Below the pieces are notes generated by a model. That model made no database searches. It saw nothing but the letters and a program-made list of their open reading frames with translations, and had not been told where the DNA came from. A stretch of 64,000 bases of DNA, from NCBI RefSeq assembly GCF_000143415.4, contig NW_003314300.1, forward strand, positions 1,595,014 through 1,659,013, written 5' to 3'. Below are positions 37,284 through 47,355 of the stretch, in pieces. Every line of letters begins with the position of its first letter. The stretch's first letter is position 1. This DNA comes from Selaginella moellendorffii (Eukaryota > Plantae > Lycopodiophyta). The position numbers and the translations under genes are program-made.

Positions 37284-38415
37284 TCACCAAGATCGCTTGC
37301 AAGCATCTGGAGCTCGAAACCGGACCCTCGATTGATCAGATCTTCTTTCGTCCAAGGTTTGCGCCTCGAAACGCTTCCAATCGTCCAGCACAAGCCGGAG
37401 ATCCTCCATCTTTGCGTGGAGCCCCACGCAGCAATTGGCATGCATCGTGCAAAAGCTCTCAAGATCATCCGGCCTCTCGCAGAAGGAGCTAAAGATCCTC
37501 GATGGCAAGAACCTTATTCGCGCTCCAATCCTCTGGAACTCGTCGCTGAACTTGATCTGGTTGAAAACGTCCTGGTCATGGGACTCCGCGTGGATCTCGG
37601 TAGCGTTGTGCCAGAGCTTAAACATCTCCACGGTGCGATTGCTCGACTTTACGTGGAGGAAGCCCGTGTTGGGACCGTTGTGGAGGCTGGCCCCGTCGCC
37701 ATTGAATCGATCGCACGAGACCTCAAACTCGGCTTCTTGCGAGAAGTGTGGAAAGGGGTCTCGGAACCAGAGGAGATCTCCATCCGTGAAAACGAGGCTG
37801 TATCCAAGCTCGAGCACCACGGCCAGGAAAGAAACCTTCCTCCGGGTCATCTTGAGGTAGTCATCCGTCATGAAGAACTTCTCGCCGGAGAAATCCACTC
37901 CTTGAGTGCGCAGCTGGAAGCAGTGGCGATGGATCACCAGGCACCGCTCGAAAGCGACTTGATCCAAGGCAACGATGACCAAGTTGTCTAGGAACTTGCT
38001 CGTGTTCTCGCCCGATCGAAAGCTCTCGAAGAGGTAGTCTAGCATGCTGCCTGGAGCGGCCCACGCTTGATTCAAAGGCGTGAGGATCACTGTACTGGTG
38101 TTCTTGATCGTTGCATTGCGCAAAACCTGGTCCAGGTTCCAGAGCTCTTCCACGCTCTATAGAAAGATCACGTTTGAGGGTCTCTGTGAAGATCCCAGCT
38201 AGAGCACTTACAAAGTTGCTGCTCCTGGCGATGGATTCGATCCGAGTTTGCTGCTCCTGCTGCTTGGAATCACCGGCAATCCCCACCACTCGGAAGTTCC
38301 TCATGATCAGGAAATCCGGGTAGCTCCAGAAGCATATCAAGGCGCCGAGGAGGAGCAATCCGGAGCAAACTGCTGCGATACTCCTGCTCCTCCTCGATGA
38401 AACATTGAAGTCCAT
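37284..38415 (-). CDS. Nucleotide-diphospho-sugar transferase family (GT77-like) protein, 2 exons
   Basis: N-terminal TM; TVILTPLNQAWAAPGS, LVIVALDQ, VDFSGEKFFM, LELGYSLVFTDGD, WFRDPF, NTGF, HDQDV, MHANCCVG. Confidence 0.88.
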
Positions 38416-38670
38416 CACTTGTGGAAGTCGGTCGGTCGAGCACGATCGAAAGCTCCCAGCAATGACGAGGCCCCGTGATCACGAAGAAAGCATCGAAAGT
38501 CTCCGCCACCAGTCAAGCACGCCAGCTAGTCCTTCGATCGGTCGAGGAGCACGATTTCGAAGTTGACAATAGGATTAAAAGAACGTTTGGTCCAATTAAT
38601 TAACTCGAAGAAGTATAGTAGATCAACTGTACAGAAACTATTAGTCCTCGATCTTACTTTCGCCACCATT

Positions 38671-39807
38671 CTAGAACCTATCGTTATATAAAAGCTCTTG
38701 ATCGTCGCCACCATCGCTAGAGGAGAAATCCTCCTCGAACTCTTCCTCCTCCCTGTAAGACTCTGGATAGACGACCCTCGATCTATTGCCGAGAAAGTCC
38801 TCCACACCATTCTCTTCACTCTCCCTGTACCTGTGCTCTTGGCGATGGCCACCATCGCTCGCAAGTTCTTCCACATCGAGAAGCTCTCGCGCTAGCAAGT
38901 CCTGCGCGAGCCACTGCTTGGCCGCTTGAGCGGCGTCCCTTTGCCCGAGACCGCTCATCACATCCTCCCACGAGAGCCAAGCGTCCGAGTAGCGCCGCAA
39001 AGAGCCCGAGCTCCCAATCACCACCGTCCGAGCTCTCCTCCTCCGCGCGTCTCGCAGCACGCCCCCAAATCCCGAATCGTCCGAGACGAGGCACACGCAG
39101 TTCTCTCCAGCGCTGCCGCCGCTGCCCTCAGCGCCGAAGATCGTGGCCTCCATCCGCCGCTTGAGCGCCTCGTCCGCGGCGTCGGGCTTGTCCGAGACGG
39201 TCCGTACGGACACGCCCGCGCGGCGCAGCTCGGCGGCGAGTCCGTACCCCGCCGCCGCCGGCGCCGCCGTGCCCATGCCGCCGCTGCACGCCGCGCGGTA
39301 CCGCTGCTCCTTGGCGGCGATGGCCGACTGGAACTTTGCGCGGCGCTTGCCCGTGAGCTGGTTGAGCCGCGCGATCCTCTTGCCGCGCTCGCGCTCGTGG
39401 AGCTGCTTGAAGTGCTTCTTGAGATCCAGATTGGTCTTGCACTTGCGGCCGCAGAGATTGCATTCGTAGGGCGCCGGCGGCTGGATCCGACCAGTCTTCT
39501 CCAGGATGTCGAGGATCTTCCTCTCGCGGCGCTGCTCGCGGACCCATTCCGGGATGTGGATGAAGGCGTGGCGGTTGGCCAGCGCAATCGTCTCCCTCAC
39601 GCACCCAAACGCGCCCGCCGCGCTCTTGAGCCGCATCGCCACCGTGAAGGGCGCCAGCGCCGGCGGCTTGTTGTCCAAATCCCAGAAGATCGAAACCGTC
39701 CTCGACGGCGTCGCCACCGCGAAGCGCTGCTGCTCCGTATCGATCGATGCCCGGCAGCATTCTCTTCTTACCCGGACCGGGACGCAGCAGCAAGACGCCA
39801 TAGCCAT
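38671..39807 (-). CDS. NYN-domain protein with inserted C2H2 zinc finger, transit-peptide-like N-terminus
   Basis: SIFWDLDNKPP; CNLCGRKC...KKHFKQLHERE; KPDAADEAL; CLVSDDSGF. Confidence 0.85.
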   Translation of the reverse strand: MAMASCCCVPVRVRRECCRASIDTEQQRFAVATPSRTVSIFWDLDNKPPALAPFTVAMRLKSAAGAFGCVRETIALANRHAFIHIPEWVREQRRERKILDILEKTGRIQPPAPYECNLCGRKCKTNLDLKKHFKQLHERERGKRIARLNQLTGKRRAKFQSAIAAKEQRYRAACSGGMGTAAPAAAGYGLAAELRRAGVSVRTVSDKPDAADEALKRRMEATIFGAEGSGGSAGENCVCLVSDDSGFGGVLRDARRRRARTVVIGSSGSLRRYSDAWLSWEDVMSGLGQRDAAQAAKQWLAQDLLARELLDVEELASDGGHRQEHRYRESEENGVEDFLGNRSRVVYPESYREEEEFEEDFSSSDGGDDQELLYNDRF

Positions 39808-39933
39808 AAGAACCCTAGAAAAGCCCTAGACCTAGATTTAAAATTTTAAAAACTCGAAGTTTGGCGCCAAACGCGAACTGACGCCAATTCTTTGTTTCAA
39901 GCTGCTGCATATATGAATCGCCACTTAAGATGC

Positions 39934-41247
39934 AGCCCTCGGCCACGAGACCGACATGGCTGTTGCACGAAGTTAGAACGCTCCGGAACGTCACCTCGTC
40001 CGGCTTGACGCCCTCGAGATTCATAAGCTGGAAGACCTCCACTGCTCGATCGTAGTGCTCGTTTTGCGCGTAAGCCCACACCATGGTCGTCCAGGAAACC
40101 AAGCTGCGCATCTTCATGCTCTCAAACACGCTCCTGGCGGCGCCGAGATCACCCAAGTTGACGTAAGCTTGCGTGAGAGCTGTCCAGCAGACGATGGTCT
40201 TGAGCGGGATCTCGTGGACGGCCTCGTCGAAGTGCCCATTCTCGGCATACGCGAGGAGCATCACGCTCCACGAGACTGGATTCTTCTCCGGGATTTGATC
40301 GAAGATGGTCTTCGCGAGGGCGACGAAGCCTTGGTGGCCGTAAGCTTGCACCATCGCCGTCCACGCCACCACGTCCTGATCCGGCATGGTATCAAAGATC
40401 TCTCTCGCGGTGGCCAAATCCCCTCTTTGAGCATTCACCAAGATCATCGTCGTTCGTGCCACTGCGTTGGTGAAGGGGAGACGATGGAACGCCCTGTCCG
40501 ATTCTTCCAGGAATCCATTCTGCGCGTAGCACACCAGTAGAGTCGTCCACGACACGGCATTCGATCAAAGATCGATTTTGCTGCCTCGATTTGGCCCTGG
40601 TGCGCGAGCGCTGTGATCATCGATTTCCACGTCACGGCCTGGCGCTCTGGGACGTGATCGAACATAGCCTGGCAGTCGCGGATCCGGGAGGCCGCCACAA
40701 ACGCCGCGATCATCGCGCTCCACGAGACAAGATCGCGGAACAACATCCTATCAAACGTGTTCGTGGCAAGCTCAAGATGCCCGGACTGGGCATAGAGTGT
40801 GATGAGCGAGTTCCAAGAGACCACGTCGTGATCCGGCATGGAATCGAAGATCTTAGGATTGCACGACCGCGTTGCAGGACACAAGATTCCACTGCCACAT
40901 TCGATCGAAGAGGATCTTGGATCGCCCGATATTCCCCTCCCTGGCAAATGCGATCACCAGTGCGTTGCAAGAACACACATCGCGATGAGGCATTCGATCG
41001 ACCCTGCGCAGCATAGGCGTGGATCATCACGTTCCAGGTCGTAGCGTCGCGCTGGGGGATGCGATCGAAGAGCTCGGCGGCGCTGGAGGTGTGCCCGGCG
41101 GCGCGGCTGGCCTGGATCATCATGTTCCAGGAGTAGAAATTTCGGCGATCCATAGCGTCGAAGAGATATCGCGCGTCTGCAGCGCTGCCGCAGCGTCCAT
41201 ACATCTGGATGAGGAGATTCGCAAAGAAAATGTCCTTGGCGGCACTC
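39934..41247 (-). pseudogene. Truncated, internally deleted copy of the PPR-DYW gene at 47356
   Basis: Near-identical reverse complement of ~47475-48868 with several deletions/frameshifts; lacks the N-terminus and the E/DYW end. Confidence 0.88.
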
Positions 41248-41315
41248 TTGTCGGGGAAGAATCTTGGTTCTCAGGGAAATTTTTTCCTAGGGTTCTTTGT
41301 CTCGCCCTCTCTCCG

Positions 41316-42809
41316 ATGGGAGATCTTCCGCCGATCGGAGAGCGCGAAAGGAAAATCCCTTGGCCGCCCGTGGTCGTGATCGAGAATGTGGCCACGATAT
41401 ACGATCGGCAGATGGAGAACAGAGAAATTCGCGCAGCGGTCGAAGAGGTGATCAAGGTCGAGGATCGGCGTTTGATTCCCTTGTACAACTACGAGGGCCA
41501 GACTAGCCGCGCGTTCTTGGTCTTTCCGAGCACCGAGATCGGATATGAGAATGCCGTGAGAGTCCATGATGCGTTCGCTCCTCGTCGAGGAGGAATGCGC
41601 AACTCTATGGATACCTCGCTACTCCAGAGGATATGAAGCGCCTGGATTCAAACAAGAAAGCACTCCGGAACTGGACGATCGAGAGCCTCGAGGAGAAAGT
41701 TTTGAGGCCTCGGAGGGAGGCACTCCAGGTGCGATGGAAGCTTTCTTCTTTCTTTCTTTCGTGATCTTCCTCTGTCTCAAGTTTTTTTCTTTTGCGCTGT
41801 TGTTGTAGGAGTATGAGCGCGCGAAGCAGCTCCAGATCCAACTCCAGCAAGAGAATGACGCTGCCGAGAGCGCGCTCCACAACGACAGCCAAAAGGCAGC
41901 GATTTTGCAGGAAGAGCTGGCGAGAAAGAAGGAAGAAATGGAGAAGGAGGAAGAGAAATCAAGGAGGCACATGAGCGTGAGGTAGGATTTCGATGGGCTC
42001 TCGTTTTTTTGATCTTGTCTTTCGCTCTCCAGATGAAGAAGCGAAGGTCACAGCTCGAGGCCCAGCGGGAGATGGTGCTCCGGAGCTTCCGCCGAGAAAA
42101 CGAGGAGCTCTTCGAGAGCCTGAAGAAAAAGCGTGAGGAGACCGACGCGGAGATCACCAAATACCAGAGGGAGGAGAAATCTCTGCGGCAAAACATAGAC
42201 TCTCGCAACATGGAGCTCCAGTAAGTTTTCATTCTCTCTCGAGGATACTTATGCTCTGTTTTTTTTTTTTTTTTCCTTTTCTTTGATTGATCCCAGGAAG
42301 TTTGAGAGGCTTCTCAGCGAGCAAGGCCTTCAGATGAAAATAGGAGAAAGGCTTGCGGCGCTGAAGGAAGAGCAGCACAAGAGGAAGATGGCACTCAGAA
42401 CTCGCTACAACGAGGAGCGATTGCAAGTAAGTATCGCAAGTCTCATTGTTTTTCTTCCCTCATTCTTCTTTCATCTTCTCCTTGGAATTTCCAGCTCGCC
42501 CAGCAGAAGAAGGCAAAGGAGAAGCAACTGCTGGAGGAGCAGCTGCGGAAGAAGGAGGAGCTCGCCCAGTCGATCAAATCTGACGAGAAGAACGCCAAGA
42601 ACGAGAACTGTATCATCTGCATGGAGAAGTTCTCGTTGCGGCGAGGTCTCTATGGTTGGGGCCACTCGTACGTTTGCGAGGAATGCTTACCAGCGGTATG
42701 GGGGGCGAAGAAGGAATGCCCGATTTGTAGGCACCGCAGAAAAAAATGCCCATTCTCACCCATGTTTACTCGCAACCTTTTGGCACTAATCTTGTGCAAA
42801 CTTTCATGA
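41316..42809 (+). pseudogene. Decayed copy of the XS-coiled-coil-RING gene
   Basis: Deletions in the XS exon (frameshift near 41590), RING CGH changed to WGH, 1-nt deletion after CPICRH. Confidence 0.8.
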
Positions 42810-42844
42810 TAAGACAAAACTTTTATTTCTGAAATGTCGTAGCC

Positions 42845-43492
42845 TTAAGAAAACTGCGACTTAAGTTGGCGGACAATGGACTCGTCAAGGAAGAAAGTTT
42901 TGGCCAGCACGTCGTCTCTAATCCCAGATCCGAACATGGAACTCGCGATAAGCTGCGCTCCAGGGTTCTGCTGCGAGTTGAGGGTGGCGATGGCCTTGGC
43001 CGGAGTGTCGCCCACATTGAGCTGCCAGTGAATGAGCGCGCGGGGGATCACCAAAACATCGCCCTTGTTGAGGATTTTGGCGAAGAGCCTGTTGTCCTGG
43101 GTCACAAAGCCGGCGTACAAGCTCCCCTCCTCGACGTAGACGAGCTCGGATGCGAGGGGGTGCGTGTGTGGAGGAATCAGGCCTCCCACCGCGAAGTCGA
43201 GGCGTAGGATTGCGAAGCCGAGGGTGTTGAGACCCGGGAACGTTTGCACGATGCCTGGGAAGCTGTCGGCTCCATAAGCGTTGCTTGTGTTGGCGGGGGT
43301 GGCGAGGCTGAAAACGAAGTCGTCGATGGTGGCGGCATAGTAGTCCTTGCATGGATAGCCGTTGATGGTGAGGTTGAGGGTGAGATCGGCGACGCAGTAG
43401 TCCTGGAGGGGATCGGGATCGGCGGAGTGGCAAGGAAGGATGACTGCTGCGAGTGCCACCATCGCCAATTGCACGAGAATGGATGTAGCCAT
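42845..43492 (-). CDS. Germin-like protein (type A), intronless
   Basis: Signal peptide, DPDPLQDYCVAD, FPGLNTLG, PPHTHPLASE, KGD, IHWQ. Confidence 0.95.
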   Translation of the reverse strand: MATSILVQLAMVALAAVILPCHSADPDPLQDYCVADLTLNLTINGYPCKDYYAATIDDFVFSLATPANTSNAYGADSFPGIVQTFPGLNTLGFAILRLDFAVGGLIPPHTHPLASELVYVEEGSLYAGFVTQDNRLFAKILNKGDVLVIPRALIHWQLNVGDTPAKAIATLNSQQNPGAQLIASSMFGSGIRDDVLAKTFFLDESIVRQLKSQFS

Positions 43493-44164
43493 GATTGAAT
43501 CGGACTAATATGAAGAAGAAGAAGCTTGTGGATGGAGGGATTTGATCGTTTGATGGAGATTTATACTCTGGGTGTCGTGTTGTTTCAGCCCAGGAGAGCC
43601 TTCTTGGATTTTTCATGCTGTAGAATCCGCGTGAATTTTCTCTTCTTATACAGTTATATCGTGAAGAACAAGCTTACGAGTTCTGAACAGAAACATAGAA
43701 AGTATAGAGAAAGAAACCCAAGCTTGACAAAAGATAATGTTTGTAACGTGGAAAGAAAATTGTGTCATCTTTCGAAGAACAAGTTACGTAGAGAGAAAGA
43801 AACCAAACTTGATAAAAACGTGGAAAGAAAATGATGTCTTCCTCTCTTTTTTTTTTAAACACAGAAAATCTAGAATATAAAGTTGGACTTGTTGTTGGCC
43901 TGCACTAACACCACCATTATATAGTATCAAAACTTGCCATAAACACAACCAAAGCTTCAAGTGGATTTTATCTTTGATTAAGTGTGTAAAATTTTCTGAA
44001 AAAGCTTGATGCTGGTTCTCATAATGTAGTTAGACAATGAAATCGCTCATCTTAAGTGGCGATTCATCTATGCAGCAGCTTGAAACAAAGAATTGGTGTC
44101 AGTTCGCGTTTGGCGCCAAACTTCGAATTTTTAAAATTTTAAATCTAGGTCTAGCGGCCGCTCC

Positions 44165-44520
44165 TGTTGCTAAAGTGATTGACTTCCCTCATGGTTATAG
44201 TTCGTCCCACCATCTTGGACGTTCTTGAGGATCCTTAGCTGCGGTCCTTGTTCCACCGCTACCGTCCATCGTCTCACATCCACTGTCACCAAGTCATGCC
44301 CCCAGAGCATGGTCCCGGGGTGGCCAAGATCCTCCAAGTGGACATAAACTTGCGCCCAGCAGAAGAACCTCACTTCCCGGCAATGCAAAAAGCACGCACC
44401 ACGAGACTAGATTTTCGTCCGGCATTAACAAGAATTTGGTCGCCACGTCTTGATCATACATACCACATCCTTGGCGCGAATGTCGATTTTGCTGCCTTTT
44501 TAGTTTTGGCCGAAGGACAA
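44165..44520 (-). pseudogene. Collapsed PPR-DYW remnant
   Basis: Fragments matching EAAK, SLVVHA, VRFF, AQVYVHL.DLG, EQGPQLRILKN and ITMR of the 47356 gene family, with large deletions. Confidence 0.6.
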
Positions 44521-45039
44521 AAATTCAAAGGCTCATCTCATTTTTCTTAATGATTTTCAATTTTCAATCAGCTTTTACCCCAGCAATTGGAGATGCTTCT
44601 CAAAGTTGGCCCATTTCTCTTGTTTCTTTTTAAACTCCTCCACGTAAATCTGCTGCAAGAAGGGCGTACAGAACTCATCCTTGCCTGTCGATGCTAAAGT
44701 CGCCCACAATCTCCAGATCCCTTATTAACAGCCTCGCAGCATAGAAAAGCCCAATGGTCTACAAAAGTGGAAATGACTGAATCCCAGTCTTCCTTGGTGT
44801 CTAACAGCTTGCCCACTTCCTTCGGCGTCAAGTCGGGCAATTCGTCATTGATGGCGCGCTCCGAGGTGGACGTATAACTGTACAAGAAGAGACAAATTCA
44901 CGCGGATTCTACAGCATGAAAAACCCAAGAAGGCTCTCCTGGGCTGAAACAACACGACACCCAGAGTATAAATCTCCATCAAACGATCAAATCCCTCCAT
45001 CCACAAGCTTCTTCTTCTTCATATTAGTCCGATTCAATC

Positions 45040-45687
45040 ATGGCTACATCCATTCTCGTGCAATTGGCGATGGTGGCACTCGCAGCAGTCATCCTTCCTT
45101 GCCACTCCGCCGATCCCGATCCCCTCCAGGACTACTGCGTCGCCGATCTCACCCTCAACCTCACCATCAACGGCTATCCATGCAAGGACTACTACGCCGC
45201 CACCATCGACGACTTCGTTTTCAGCCTCGCCACGCCCGCCAACACAAGCAACGCTTACGGAGCCGACAGCTTCCCAGGCATCGTGCAAACGTTCCCGGGT
45301 CTCAACACCCTCGGCTTCGCAATCCTACGCCTCGACTTCGCGGTGGGAGGCCTCATTCCTCCACACACGCACCCCCTCGCGTCCGAGCTCGTCTACGTCG
45401 AGGAGGGGAGCTTGTACGCCGGCTTTGTGACCCAGGACAACAGGCTCTTCGCCAAAATCCTCAACAAGGGCGATGTTTTGGTGATCCCCCGGGCGCTCAT
45501 TCACTGGCAGCTCAATGTGGGCGACACTCCGGCCAAGGCCATCGCCACCCTCAACTCGCAGCAGAACCCTGGAGCGCAGCTTATCGCGAGTTCCATGTTC
45601 GGATCTGGGATTAGAGACGACGTGCTGGCCAAAACTTTCTTCCTTGACGAGTCCATTGTCCGCCAACTTAAGTCGCAGTTTTCTTAA
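45040..45687 (+). CDS. Germin-like protein (type A), protein identical to the 42845 copy
   Basis: Same 215-aa translation; TATA (TATAAA) at ~44967. Confidence 0.95.
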   Translation: MATSILVQLAMVALAAVILPCHSADPDPLQDYCVADLTLNLTINGYPCKDYYAATIDDFVFSLATPANTSNAYGADSFPGIVQTFPGLNTLGFAILRLDFAVGGLIPPHTHPLASELVYVEEGSLYAGFVTQDNRLFAKILNKGDVLVIPRALIHWQLNVGDTPAKAIATLNSQQNPGAQLIASSMFGSGIRDDVLAKTFFLDESIVRQLKSQFS

Positions 45688-45777
45688 GGCTACGACATTT
45701 CAGAAATAAAAGTTTTGTCTTGAATTATGAAAGTTTGCATGAGATTAGCGCTAAAGTTGCCAAAAGGTTGACTAAGT

Positions 45778-47273
45778 TTACGAGTAAACATGGGTGAGAA
45801 TGGGCATTTTTTTCTGCGGGTGCCTACAAATCGGGCATTCCTTCTTCGCCCCCCATACCGCTGGTAAGCATTCCTCGCAAACGTACGAGTGGCCGCAACC
45901 ATAGAGACCTCGCCGCAACGAGAACTTCTCCATGCAGATGATACAGTTCTCGTTCTTGGCGTTCTTCTCGTCCGATTTGATCGACTGGGCGAGCTCCTCC
46001 TTTTTCCGCAGCTGCTCCTCCAGCAGTTGCTTCTCCTTTGCCTGCTTCTGCTGGGCGAGCTGGAAATTCCAAGGAGAAGATGAAAGAAGAATGAGGGAAG
46101 GAAAGCAATGAGACTTGCGATACTTACTTGCAAGCGCTCCTCGTTGTAGCGCGTTCTGAGTGCCATCATCCTCCTGTGCTGCTCTTCCTTGAGCGCCGCG
46201 AGCCTTTCTCCTATTTTCATCTGAAGGCCTTGCTCGCTGAGAAGCCTCTCAAACTTCCTGAGATCAATCAAAGAAAAGGTAAAAAAACAGAGCATAAGTA
46301 TCCTCGACAGAGAATGAAAACTTACTGGAGCTCCTTGTTGCGAGAGTCTATGTTTTGCCGCAGAGATTTTTCCTCCCTCTGGTATTTGGCGATCTCCGCG
46401 TCGGTCTCCTCACGCTTTTTCTTCAGGCTCTCAAAGAGCTCCTCGTTTTCTCGGCGGCAGCTCCGGAGCACCATCTCCCGCTGGGCCTCGAGCTGTGATC
46501 TTCGCTTCTTCATCTGGAAAACGAAACACAAGATCAAAAAAACGAGAGCCCATCGAAATCCTACCTCACGCTCATGTGCCTCCTTGATTTCTCTTCGGAG
46601 GCGTTTCTCCTTCTCCATTTCTTCCTTCTTTCTCGCCAGCTCTTGCTGCAAAAGCGCTGCCTTTTGGCTGTCGTTGTGGAGCGCGCTCTCGGCAGCGTCA
46701 TTCTCTTGCTGGAGTTGGATCTGGAGCTGCTTCGCGCGCTCATACTCCTACAACAACAGCGCAAAAGAAAAAAACTTGAGACAGAGGAAGATCACGAAAG
46801 AAAGAAAGAAAGAAAGAAGAAAGCTTCTATCGCACCTGGAGTGCCTCCCTCCGAGGCCTCAAAACTTTCTCCTCGAGGCTCTCGATCGTCCAGTTCCGGA
46901 GTGCTTTCTTCTTTGAATCCAGGCGCTTCATATCCTCTGGAGTAGCGAGGTATCCATAGAGTTGCCCATTCCTCCTGGACTCGCGACGAGGAGCGAACGC
47001 ATCATGGACTCTCACGGCATTCTCATACCCGATCTCGGTGCTCGGAAAGACCAAGAACGCGCGGCTAGTCTGGCCCTCGTAGTTGTACAAGGGAATCAAA
47101 CGCCGATCCTCGACCTTGATCACCTCTTCGATCGCTGCGCGAATTTCTCTGTTCTCCATACCTCTGTGCTTCCTGAGCTCCCGATCGTATGTCGTGGCCA
47201 CATTCTCGATCACGACCACGGGCGGCCAAGGGATTTTCCTGTCGCGCTCTCCGATCGGCGGAAGATCTCCCAT
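45778..47273 (-). CDS. XS-domain + coiled-coil + C-terminal RING-HC protein, ~406 aa, 5 exons (47273-46836, 46747-46565, 46513-46326, 46257-46128, 46059-45778)
   Basis: All introns GT-AG and phase-consistent. XS-like IPWPPVVVIEN..GMEN.EI..YNYEG....LVFPSTEIGYENAVRVH..QLYGYLAT.EDM; long E/K/R coil; CIIC-x12-CGH-x3-CEEC-x10-CPIC. Confidence 0.82.
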
Positions 47274-47355
47274 CGGAGAGAGGGCGAGACAAAGAACCCT
47301 AGCAAAAAATTTCCCTCTTTCTTGAGAACCAAAAATTAGGAATCTTCCATGGCGG

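Noticed and set aside
38698-39849. Many overlapping ORFs in GC-rich genes (also in the PPR, GLP and ERF genes)
   Set aside because: Shadow frames of high-GC coding sequence with no independent motifs.
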